Assembly: GCA_037447605.1 (NCBI GenBank)
Contig: CM074809.1
Location: 1,664,689-1,728,688 of the forward strand
Direction: 5' to 3'
DNA: 64,000 nucleotides
Origin: Zygnema circumcarinatum SAG 698-1b
Taxonomy: Eukaryota > Plantae > Zygnematophyceae
Shown: one piece after another, positions 37,077 to 48,000 of the stretch
Layout of the letters: the number at the start of each line of letters is the position of its first letter
How positions within the stretch are numbered: the first letter of the stretch is position 1
The notes under the pieces: model-generated
What the model was told of the DNA's origin: nothing
What the model saw: the letters and a program-made list of their open reading frames with translations, nothing else
The model's database searches: none
Translations under genes and position numbers: made by a program

Positions 37077-37148
37077 GGCCACGCCCGCACGCAGGAACAT
37101 CGCCCGCCCCGACCCCTCCCAGGCGCAGGGGCTGCAGCCCTCTCCGCC

Positions 37149-37149
37149 G

Positions 37150-37189
<40 letters not shown>

Positions 37190-37206
37190 CTTGCCTGACT
37201 GCCTGC
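37149..37206. repeat. (CCTG)n / (CAGG)n tetranucleotide microsatellite, ~13-14 units, in the COL 5' leader
   Basis: Read directly; lies ~70-130 nt upstream of the COL ATG. Confidence 0.9.
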
Positions 37207-37695
37207 CGCTCTCTCAGCCCCTCTACTCTTCCGCACCCTCCGCTCTTCCGCACCTTCCGCTCTGCACGCTGGGCCTGGCCTCACCTTGGACTCTCTGCGC
37301 CGGCGGGAGGAGGGCGGGCAAGCAAGGAGGGAGGGAGGTAGGGAGGGAGGGAGGGAGGAAAGGAGGCAGGCGGCTGGGAGAGAGGGAAAGAGATTGGGCG
37401 CAGGAACAGCAGATGGTCCTGCGGGAGGGGCCCTCCCGGCCAAGCTTCCCGAGGGGCAGTCGCCGGACGCGTCGCAATGCGTCGTACGAATCGCAGATAG
37501 TCGCAGGACGTCGCAGGGGCGTCGCTCGGAGGGGCAAAATCTGCGGATCGCGTGGGGCGGGGTGCGGCGATCCCCGCCGCCCGTTGGCTCGCGGGCGCGG
37601 ATCGGAGGGCGCCAGCGTGGCCGGCCGCGTGGCCGCGCGCCGCCGGGCGTCCGCGCACCCGCGCGCAGAGCAGATAAAGATTCGTACGCGATCGT

Positions 37696-38163
37696 CGCCA
37701 CGTGGCGCGGGCGGCCGAGGGGGCGCCGCGCGGATGCGCGAATCCTGCGGGCGGGCGCGCAGGGGCCGGCGAGGCACGGGCGGGGGAGGGCGGGGATTGG
37801 CCGCGCGGGATCTCGCGCGGGACGGGGGGAGGGGATCGGACGGCGAGGGGGCGGGTCCACACGGGGGGGACGCATCGGACGGTGGGGGGTAGGGGGGAGG
37901 CGGAGGCGGGGCCGGGCGGGGAGTGGGTGGCGGCCAATTGTGCCGCGGCCGTACGGTGGGCGAGGTCGTTGGGCGGGTGGCGTTTGGCGCCACGTCAGCG
38001 GGACGGCGCTCACGCGATAGCGTCGCACGTGCCCGGGCGCGTGTCAGAGAGAGCGGGAAAAAATCGGAGCCCGGCCACGCACCGGCGAGGCTCACGCGTG
38101 CGCGCAGATCGCGGGAGCAAGCGGGGCCGCAGGACGCGCCACCTCGGGGTGAGCTGACGTGGC
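37696..38163. promoter_or_regulatory. ACGT-element cluster upstream of COL
   Basis: Palindromic CGCCACGTGGCG (37696-37707), GCCACGTCAGC (37989-37999), GCACGTGC (38025-38032) and GCTGACGTGGC (38153-38163); bZIP/bHLH-type sites by consensus. Confidence 0.55.
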
Positions 38164-39060
38164 GGATGGGTCGTTCTGGAAGCTGTGCGCCGGGCGGCAG
38201 CCGTACGGCGGGCAGGGCCGGGCCGGGCGGGGTACGGCTGGACGGGAACTGTCGGGCCGTTTGATGTCGAAACGTGTGTGATGTGCCGTACCGTACGGCC
38301 GTACGAAACTCGCAGGCCCGCCTCTCTCGGCTCAGTACTTGCTTGGTGAGGTGGAAATGGACAAGGGCATTGCTCTCGCGGCGGACATGGCCAACATCAA
38401 CACGGGGTGGATCTAGTGACAGAGGAAAAGAGGAGGAGCGGAAACCCGCTTTTGATCGACAGCGCGGCACTAGAAAGAGGATAGGGCAGACCAAAGCCTG
38501 GCGACAGCCGTCACATGGACATGGACAAAAGCAGGGAATGTTTGAGGCGCTGCGACTCTTGTGAGCGAGGCAGCGCTGTACGGCCATGACCACATGACCA
38601 TATACTTCGTGCCCGTCCATGTCTTCCTAGCGCAGTCACGACCCATGTGCCAGGACCCATGCGCGAGAGCTCTTGAGAGGTTTCACGGCTTGGGCCTAGA
38701 TATGTCTTTCAAGTTTTTGAGGGTTACAATCGAAATGGCCCTCTTTCAAAAATTGCGGCACCCGTTGTGCCCCTTCGAAAAAATTGGGATATTCCAGAGT
38801 CTTAAAATCCTAAGTGAACATGTAGATTCATAGAAGAATTATTTTTATTTATGAATATGGTAGATTTGGAAGTGAATGAAACGACTAAAATGATAGCCTT
38901 TTTTCTGTCTATAAGTCAGTTGTGAGACACTGTCTTCACATTGGTTCTTCATGTCTACACTTAGTGGCGTCGCCGCCATGGATCAACGCCAATTCACAAC
39001 ATCGGCCATTTCCAGTGCCCTTCCCATACCATATGTTGGTTGTCCATCCACAATTCTTAC

Positions 39061-39144
39061 AAACCGCATACTACAAACCGCAAACCGCAAACCGCAAACC
39101 GCAAACCGCAAACCGCAAACCACGAACCACAAACTGCAAACCGA
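39061..39144. repeat. Heptamer minisatellite (AAACCGC)n, 12 units in register including degenerate ones
   Basis: Six perfect consecutive units at 39075-39116, flanked by AAACCGC-ATACTAC and AAACCAC-GAACCAC-AAACTGC-AAACCGA. Confidence 0.92.
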
Positions 39145-39349
39145 CGAGGAGGGAGGTCGGGCCGCCATAGCGCTTGCTGGAGGCCCACAGGTGGCTGCAG
39201 CCTCTGCGTTCGCTGCTGCCACCATGGAGGCTGATGATGGCTGCGGCTGATAGGGAAGGCAGCGCGGTCTTTGAAGCGGTCCTGCGGCTTCGGTGTAGTA
39301 CCAGTTATGGTGAATCCCTGCAGAGTGCAGGAAGGGAGCCCTCTGCATC

Positions 39350-42024
39350 ATGCACGCGCAGGGCCTTCTGCCAGTCCCCTCGACAGGGAGCTCTTCAGCT
39401 CTAGTAGTCGGGCATTACTGCCATGATACTCTCTTTTTGCGCGACCGAGGAGTAGTGGAGACTCTTGGGGGCTCTGTAGCATACATCGTGCCGCTGCTGC
39501 GGCTGCTCGGCCTGCAAGCATGTGTTGTCTCAAAAGTGGGCTCTGACTTCCAATACACGGCACAAGTTCTCTGTCCGCCGATCGTTCTGCAAGACTGCTC
39601 CACGACTCAGTTTTTTGCTCATTGGCAGGACGGTGAGAACTGATTGACAAGTCAAGCACGACGTGCCGCCATGCACAGCCTCAATCTTCTTAGGTGCTGC
39701 GGCGTGCTTTCTGGAACCAATCATGTCACTGGAGGAGTCGCTGTTCTAATCCTGGAAGTCTTTTCTCGTGCACCAGCGTTTTAACGAAGCAATCGAGTTT
39801 TTTCTGTGGATCTCAAGCCATTCATCAAATGGTTTAACGCCATAAATTACGTAGCATATTGGCTCGAGATTTCAGCTACACAAAACTTCTTTTACGTATT
39901 TCAAACTTGAATGTGGCATGAGAACATAGCCTTCCAACATGGTTGTTGTTCTTTGTACGAACAATTACATGAATGCGAGCTCTTTCATTGCGTTTTCATT
40001 TTGCTACTAATTTATGATCGTAGTTCAGAAGACGAATTTCAAACATAAGTTCGGCTTGGCCACGGTTTGGCGATTTTCGTTAAGCTCTCCAAATTGTCGT
40101 CATTTCCCTTTGTGACGCTCTGTTTATGTATAACAGAAAGAGTGCACCTAATTCAAGAAAGGTTGCACTATTTTGCTTCTTGTCGGTGCATAAAATAGCT
40201 TCGTCAATTACCATACTTCAAGTGCTTATGGCAATATCTCACCCAAGTCATGAAGCACCACTTCTGAATATCACAAATCGGTACTTATATTTAGTGCTTG
40301 TGGTCAATCTGATTAACTATGCCAGATGGAGGCCGCCTGTTGACAGCTGGGGAAGTTTGCAAGCCAATCGTCGCAGACGACTTACAATTCGATGACGAGC
40401 AGAAGTTTGAAATTGGCCTCGCTGTCGGCATTGCCGGGGAAATCCTCCCGTCTACCTTGAAACGCTTGGCCCAGCTTTCTCGGCGAACTGTTGTGGATTT
40501 ACAAGTAAGTAAACCAGAGGACTTGAGAATTTTAAAAACGCAAGGGAGGTTTGATGTATCACGTAGTCGAGTTTAGCGCTCTTGTTCCAAGCTCCGTGGG
40601 TCACGAAAACAATGAAGCATGTTTCGAATGTATGGTTTTTTGTCGAACAACATCTGAGAACAGGCTATTGAGGGAAGTTCATGTCTGTGAGAATTCGTAG
40701 AAACGAAAGAAGACGTATTTGTAGCAGTTGTCCTTCCGATGACCAGAGTTTTTAAATTTGTGAAAAATATGTATGTTGCGAAGACCAATCTCCGCTTCTG
40801 ATTAGAGCCCTAACTCCGAGCACGGTTCCTCAACTTCAGGCACTGATTCGAGTCATCAATCCGGGCGCGGAGGTAAGGCTGCAGAGGCTGGAAGAGACGC
40901 CATTCTTCAGCCTGCTGCCATTTGTCTCCTACTTGAAAGCCTCCAGCTGCGAAGCCGCATTTTTTGACCCACGACAGTGCTCCCAGCATTGTGAGGCCGT
41001 GATCATTACCAACGGCTCCTCTGGCTGCACAATTTTTACTCGGTCAGCAGGATCTATCCCACCATCTTGAAGCTACTTGAAAAGCAGTAGGCAAGGCAAG
41101 ATGATTTAGAGACTTTCAACATACAATCTTTGATTATGCATATTGCTGGTGAACAATGAAGCTGCTTCTTATTTTGATGTTCCACGCGACATTTTAGATT
41201 CTCAGAGGAGAGGAAACCCGAGATTTGTGTTTCTTAAACGAAGGAGACCTTGAATCTTCTCAGTTGTTCCTGCTGACCACGCTGTACTCCGTCAGTGAGA
41301 GATTGAAACTTTAGATTTGTACCTTCAACTCAGCCCCTCCGAGGCACTCTGCTGACCTTTCTTCTTGCATGACTGGGATGTCGGTCAGAGATGGGAGTTT
41401 TGAGGTGGTTGCGTTCCCATCCACCGAGGTGGATGCGACTGGGGCAGGTGACACCTTCTTGGCCGCATTTGTTGCCGGGCTCTGCAAGGGCCTCGACCTG
41501 TACAGGGCGGCCTTGATGGGAAATTATTTTGGCAGCATTGCAGTGAGTCAAATAGGAGTACCCAAGATCACGCCGGAACACGTGCAAGGTTGGGCGAGAG
41601 CACTTTCACAGTGCTCTGCCAAGGAAGAGGATGGCGGAAGAGTGAATACTGTGTAGATACTGAAAAAAGGACCCTGTTTCCTGTGAAGCTGCACATATTT
41701 TTAAGTAGCAGGATGCCTTGTAAACAGCCATATACAGAAATGATAGAAATGAGTACACTCGACGCACTCGGCTCATTTCTTTCTGAAAAAGATCGATTGG
41801 CTCGCAGCCGCCATATGGGAGGCGTTACAATTGCAATTGGAGCAACGGTTAAAAACTACAGCAATGTACAAGCTACAAAAATAAGTCTTTCTGGATCGCA
41901 TGTTCCGGGCAGCCAATGGGCAGGCGCCAGGTCATTGGCGTTACCGCCATCTCCAGAGGAGGGTAGTCTTCCCGCGGCCCACCTTCACAGAACAAAGCGA
42001 AAGTTTCCTGCTAAAACTCGTTGA
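39350..42024 (+). CDS. MIK: myo-Inositol kinase (inositol 3-kinase, pfkB/ribokinase family), 4-5 exons
   Basis: Exons 39350-39632, 40326-40504, 40840-41042, 41389-. Motifs LVVGHYCHD, ETLGGS, VSKVGSDF, GLAVGIAGEILP, VDLQALIR, YLKASS, DATGAGDTF, MGNYFGSIAV match plant MIK (maize lpa3 type). The 3' end is either stop 41656 (read-through) or a phase-compatible last exon 41738-42024. Confidence 0.9.
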
Positions 42025-45000
42025 CTCTACGCAGGGAACTGCGTATCGTACATCGCCTTCATATGCCACCTCTATCTGCTCAATCTTTCTGAACATGAGC
42101 ATGATGTCAATCTTTCGGGCTTTGTCCGATAAGATAGTGAGGGACCTCGCTTTCTGTCTGGGTCTCCCCAGAAGGAGCAGTCTCCTTCCCAGCCCCTCGC
42201 CTCCCACCCCCTGTTCAAGTTCATCCACTGGAGGCGGATTTTCCTCTTCTTGAATAGGCAGGTCCTCCACCTCCACCTCTTCCCCATCCCGTTCCTTGCC
42301 GTTCCCTTCTATGCCCCCATGGCCTCCAGTCCCTTTCACAGCACTCTCATCTTCTCCATCGGTGGAACCTTCCCTGCTTCCCCCAGATTGGCCTTGCAAC
42401 CTGTCGCCTTTTCCTTGGTACAATAGAGAAAGGTCAGGCTCGTCATCACTGTTCCCTGCCACCACTTTCAATTCTATACTTCGCTCTTCGTCATCCTCAG
42501 GGACTGTTTGAGCGATCATCTTGTTATCCTTCTCCAACTCCCTTTCACTGCCTTCCTCTGCTTTTCTCCTTTCTAAATCGGAGACCCCACCCACCTTGTC
42601 CGCATCAACCTTTACATCTTCCCTTTCGGCTATTTCTCTCCTGTCCTCTTTCCTCCAGGCTTGGTGCTCTCCCCATGTATTCTCTCCCTTGTGCACACTC
42701 ACCACCCCACCAGCCAGAGCAGAATTCCCCGCGCCGCCCCCGTCAGGTGCTGCTTCGTTCGCTGCCGCCTTCACTCCCGCCTTGGAGAGAGTCACATTGA
42801 AATCTGACGTGACCAGAGCGCCAATAGAGCCTGGCCATACCTGCAACAGTATCTGTCTGAACTCCCAGACTCCCCGCCCCCCCGGCAACGGGCATCAAAA
42901 GAGATTTCCATGCTGCTATGGTCCTGTTACAGTAAACATTTCCTTTGGGATCATACACAACATATCTCGATTTCAGGACAGAGAGCATGCCTGCCAGATG
43001 TATGCTGATACATCTAACCTCCATTCTCTTGTAGCCCACATCCATCCTCAGGAAAAGCTTAAGCAACATTCTTACCTCTCCAAGGCCCTTTGCAATGTCA
43101 AGTTGCCGGCTGTTTCCAGGGTGGGCAGCCGCTCGGGGACCACCTCCAGCAGAGCTCCTGCTCTCACAAACACGGCTGTCTGCTCCAACGGGACCTCCAA
43201 ATTTAGAAGTCGCCCACCAGCTAGAATCTCCCCCGTCCAGAAGTTAACCCATCGATAAGTTTGGGGAAGGTACACCTGTGGACGAAGGACATTTGGTTAG
43301 GACAGATCCCTGACCGCATCCCTCCACAGTTGGCTGACAGCGCATAATGGGAGAAAACGCAGAGGTTTTTCGGGAAACGTAGGCCTTAAACAACAGTGCA
43401 AATGTTGGCGATCCTTGCCAATTTGACATATGTTTACAATGCAATCGCTTCGTGGGAAAACTGAAGTGGAACATTTCCGAATATCAAACAGACTGTCAGG
43501 AAATACACCACAACAGATGGGCACAAAGATGGAAAGAAAACGCGGCTGGCTGGCTGATGAAAGAGAACTCATTGACAAACATCCATAACTTCACCCTTCC
43601 AACTCAGTCTATCATTGACCGCGACAATGGTTTCCCTAGAACAAATGAAAGCGTCCGTTGTTGCCCGTACAACAAATTTATCGCTGACGTGCTGAAAACG
43701 AAGAACCCAAAGAATTGGCAGCTGATTCGGTAAGCACCCAAATAGGGGGCAGAAGCTTGGAACAGAAATTACAGTAAAATTTCCTCCTACAGTTCCTGCA
43801 GTGACCAACCCACCCTCATGCACCCTCCATCTCTGACCGCAGCCATGGACCCACCAAGCGTACCTGCACATCCCCGTGCAGACTGTGCACGGGCGCTACC
43901 AGGAGGTCTCTCCCGAGGAGATACTGTCCCCCGCGGGTCGCTGCGGGGGGGTCCCCTTGGAAGCAGACCGCCATGGCGCACATGAGGGGTTGCCCGCTGC
44001 TGCTTGCTTCCTCCGCCGCTTGCAGGAGGTAGCGAGCGAGGGAGAGGTGGAGACGCGCAAAGCGGCGAACAATTTGGAGAGTGTGCTGATCGTAGCTCCA
44101 TAGACTAGAGCTGTCGTGGCCCACCAGTTGGTACATCAGCGGCGAAAAGGCTCTGCAGGGGTGGGAAGGTTTGCGTTAGGGAGAGCAGAACGAAAGAAGG
44201 AATCTGTGAAGTAGCTTTTTGACGAAGGAAAACGGTGAATGTAGTTACCTGTTTGCGTCTGAAAACATGCAAGGTGCAATGGGAACGTACGCGCATACTG
44301 AAGACATCAAGAAAGTGAGGAGAGAATCCAATTGATTGCTTGATCCACTTGCTTACCCAAACTGCGTCCACCTAATGAACATTGCCTTAGATTTGACGGG
44401 AGATGGCAGCGGACGGACTGAATGGCCCCACAGAAACAGCCCAGAAAGCGAAGCTGTCTGGCCAGCAGCAATAGCAGAAAGGAGCGCACTTCCGGAAGTG
44501 GATGACGAGGTCTTGCTGCTTGCCCAAATGAAGGACCTGTGACGATGAAATTCCACTCGTAAGCGGACAACTTTGGGAAGGCTTGTTCCTAACAATGAAT
44601 TGTAGCAGTTTCTCCTGTCCCAAACTGTCATATAGGTCTGTGTTTGAAATAGTGAAAAACTTGCAAACATTGTCTTTCCATCACTTACTTTCCGCTTCCT
44701 ATGAAGCCGGAGTGCGCCAACACCACTCCTTCCTCCTGTTTTTTCTCTGCAAGGGTGCGCAGCGTCGCTTGGAACAGTTGCGTGTTCTGCAGAACAAGCC
44801 ATCCTTTCTTCAGAACACACGGTCATGTTATAAAAAAGGGGGTATGGAAGCCAAGCCCTCAATGCGGCAGCCAAAAGTGATTTGCTTTCCTTCAGCAGTC
44901 GAGCACCAACAATCATCAACTCATGAAGCCTCAGCAGCAGCCACAACTTCTTCAACAAAGATCAGCACCACATCTGTGATACTCTTCCATGGATCTCTGC

Positions 45001-48000
45001 CATTAACTATCATAATAATCTCCATAAAAAAACTGTTCAGCAGGCTGGACACAATCCACGAGTTAGTACAAAAAAACCGATATGTAGTGTGCACACCAGC
45101 TGGATAGAGTGGGGAGAAGGGGGAGAGGGGGAGAGGGGGAGAGGGGGNNNNNNNNNNCCCCTCCCCTCTCCTCCCCTCCCACCTTGTTCTTCATCGAGCT
45201 CTGCGGAGTCCCGTCTGCCGCCACCGCCCCCTCCAGCAGAGCGCCCCCCCCCCGGTCCTCTGCCTCGAGGCCCTTCACCGCCGCCCACCGCGCTGTGCGC
45301 TCAACCTGCCTCCGCCACCACTCGAGGCCGCCCTCGTGGCTGAAATCCACCAGCCCCGCCCCGCCCTTCACCTGCCGAGGGGGAGGGGTGACTGCCATTA
45401 ATGCATGCAAAAAGGAGGCAGGCAGATATCCCTCATTCGTCTCCAAAGAGCGTATGCTTCAACGTGCGGCAAGCTTGCTTGCTTACACACCTGCGGTCGT
45501 CCGGAAGCATTTTTTACTAAGTAGTCCACAGCTACAGAAGTCCAAAGGTGGTCGTGGAGGTATCTCCCGGACACACATGGCGCAATCCGCAGCACTGCAG
45601 CGAAGCTGGAAGATACCATCCCCATTCCGGCTCCGTGAACTCCTTTTGAAGCATCTCTTTCTCTCACATTCTCTCTCCCTCCTTTCCCCTCTCTCTCTCT
45701 CTCTCTCGAATTGTATGCCAACCATCAGTCGCAATTGCTGCAGCTGACTCGAGCATGTATGAACGAGTTAAAAAAGCCGCATGGAAGTTGTTTGGCATGC
45801 AACTGAAACCAGCGACTATTTCTGAGGACCAAGTTGAAGCGGATAACCCCATAAAATTGAATATTGAGCTGACAAAAACAATGTCCCTTCCCTTCCCGAT
45901 TGACAATTATGAAGCAAACACATGGTGATGCTACACATTACAGTTACAATTGATCGCCATCAAAGTGCCATATCAAGAATTCCCGATGTTTGAGTAATGA
46001 TTGTGCTGAAGTCCGGCTGCAAAAGCCTTCCTCTCAGCTAAAAAAAAGGGTCCCATCCTTCCACTTCTGTTCCCTAAGACTGCGGTGCCCTCAAGCTTTG
46101 GGGAGAGAGACAGAGAGAGGGGGGAGTGGGAGAGAAAGAGAAAAAGAGAGAGATAGAGAGAGAGAAAGAGAGAGAGAGAGAGAGGGAGAGAAGAGAGAGG
46201 TAGAAGAGCGAAAGCCCTACCCGAGCTCCTGAAGATGGGTGAAGAAAGCGGCCGGATCACGAAACCGTTCGCGGTTGAGTACAAAGCCGTTGCAGCCACT
46301 TTCCGAAAGGCTGTCAAACACCGCCACTGAAGCTGGGATTCCTGCTTTGCGGAAGTTGACAGCGTCCATGAGGACCTGGCGAGTGAGAGAAGAGAGAAGC
46401 GTGGAACAACATGTAAGCACATGAAACGGAAAAACGTGCAACATTGGCATTTTCTCCTTCTAGGAATGGTTTATGCAAACCAAACATTGAGTGGCAGGGA
46501 CGGATGACGTCGCTCAAAACATCATGTAGACATGCTGAGGGAAACCATACAAATGGTTGAGAAAACTTCATGAATAGGCACCATGTTGAAGCTACACGTT
46601 TGGAAACTAAAACAACCGACCCATAGAACGGACTTCATGTTGCTATAACGATATTGATTCAGACTCATTCAGCTCGAAGAACAGAGCTACAGTTTTCCAA
46701 GGAATTTACTGACGAGGACACGACTTCGCCTGTGCGAAGTCTCCGAACCGTTTGCCGCACAACCAACAAAAGTAGCACATCTCCAATAAGAAAAAACTCT
46801 GCCACAACTTCCTTGCTTCAAAGGGGAGCATCCTTCTGACAAACTGAATTGGAAAACTGGATGGACGAAGAAAAAGGTAAATCGTCATTGACTTTGACCC
46901 TGAACTTGATCTCGACCGCACATCCAAGGCAGCCAATCCCGTCAAAGAAAATTGGCCCCTTGAAGGAGACCTACCTCCTCCGCTGTCCCTGTCATCTCCC
47001 GCCCTTCCCACGGCGCAAAGGCCCACAAAGGGGGCACTTTTGGCCTCCCAACGAGAGCAGTGAACTGAGCGGAAATATCAGCGAGAAGGGGTCCTGCGAT
47101 GTACACAACACGCAGCACCTTTTCTGTGTAGCGAATGACCTGCATAGTCAAGGAGCCATCCCTTCCAACACAAGTCTTGATGATTGCTACGGGCAATGGA
47201 ACGACACGCAGACCTGTAGTATCTCACTACCTTCACATTTTCTTGCACTTTATGTCTGAATAATGAAGGAGCACCAGCTTTCACCGTATTCTCCAAAGCT
47301 GATTCAGATAAAAAGCTTAAGATTACGTTTAATGACCAATCAACTCATCCTTCTTTCTCCAAAAGATTGGAGCAGGTGGCTTACTAGATCAATAACAACA
47401 AAACAAAACAAAAGATTCACTTGACTGATGCCTATTTTTTCAAGCTCCCTTAAGGACCTGGCACTGGAGTCTGCACCCAACGAGACTTTCAGGAAGCAAG
47501 GGCATATTCCCTTACCAGATGATTGGCGTCACTGGGAGTGTTCACATCAAACGTTCCATTTGCATAAGAGTCCACCCATATTCCATATCCTGCACTGCTC
47601 ATAATAAAAGGAATGGGCTTCCACGACTGTTCCTCCTGCCAAGTCACCTCCCCAACATGCTCATCTCATGTCAGAACAACACATGCAAAAATTCTGCATC
47701 AAAACCCCTCCAGACGCCATGCCTCTCTATGGAGGGTACAGAGAACCCAGCCCCCAACTTCTGTCTTTCTGCAGACGAGCATAGCATTAACCTTACCACT
47801 GTAAAGGTAGTGCTCCCAGCCCACCAATAGCCACTTCACTATCCCCAATCAAGCTTCCAGGTGTGATTACCACCTCCGACTGCCAATGCCTACCGGATGA
47901 GACACAACTCACCGAGAAACCTCCCTCCTGCCAGTCCCCTCCCTCCATACGCAAGCGCTGTCCCTTTTGGTTCACAGAACCGAAGCGTTCGCCTCCGCCC

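Noticed and set aside
36301-38620. Very long ORFs around COL (575 aa, 465 aa twice, 244 aa and others)
   Set aside because: Arg/Pro/Gly/Ala-rich frames in very GC-rich sequence where stops are rare; they overlap the real COL exon or its promoter and show no domain motifs.
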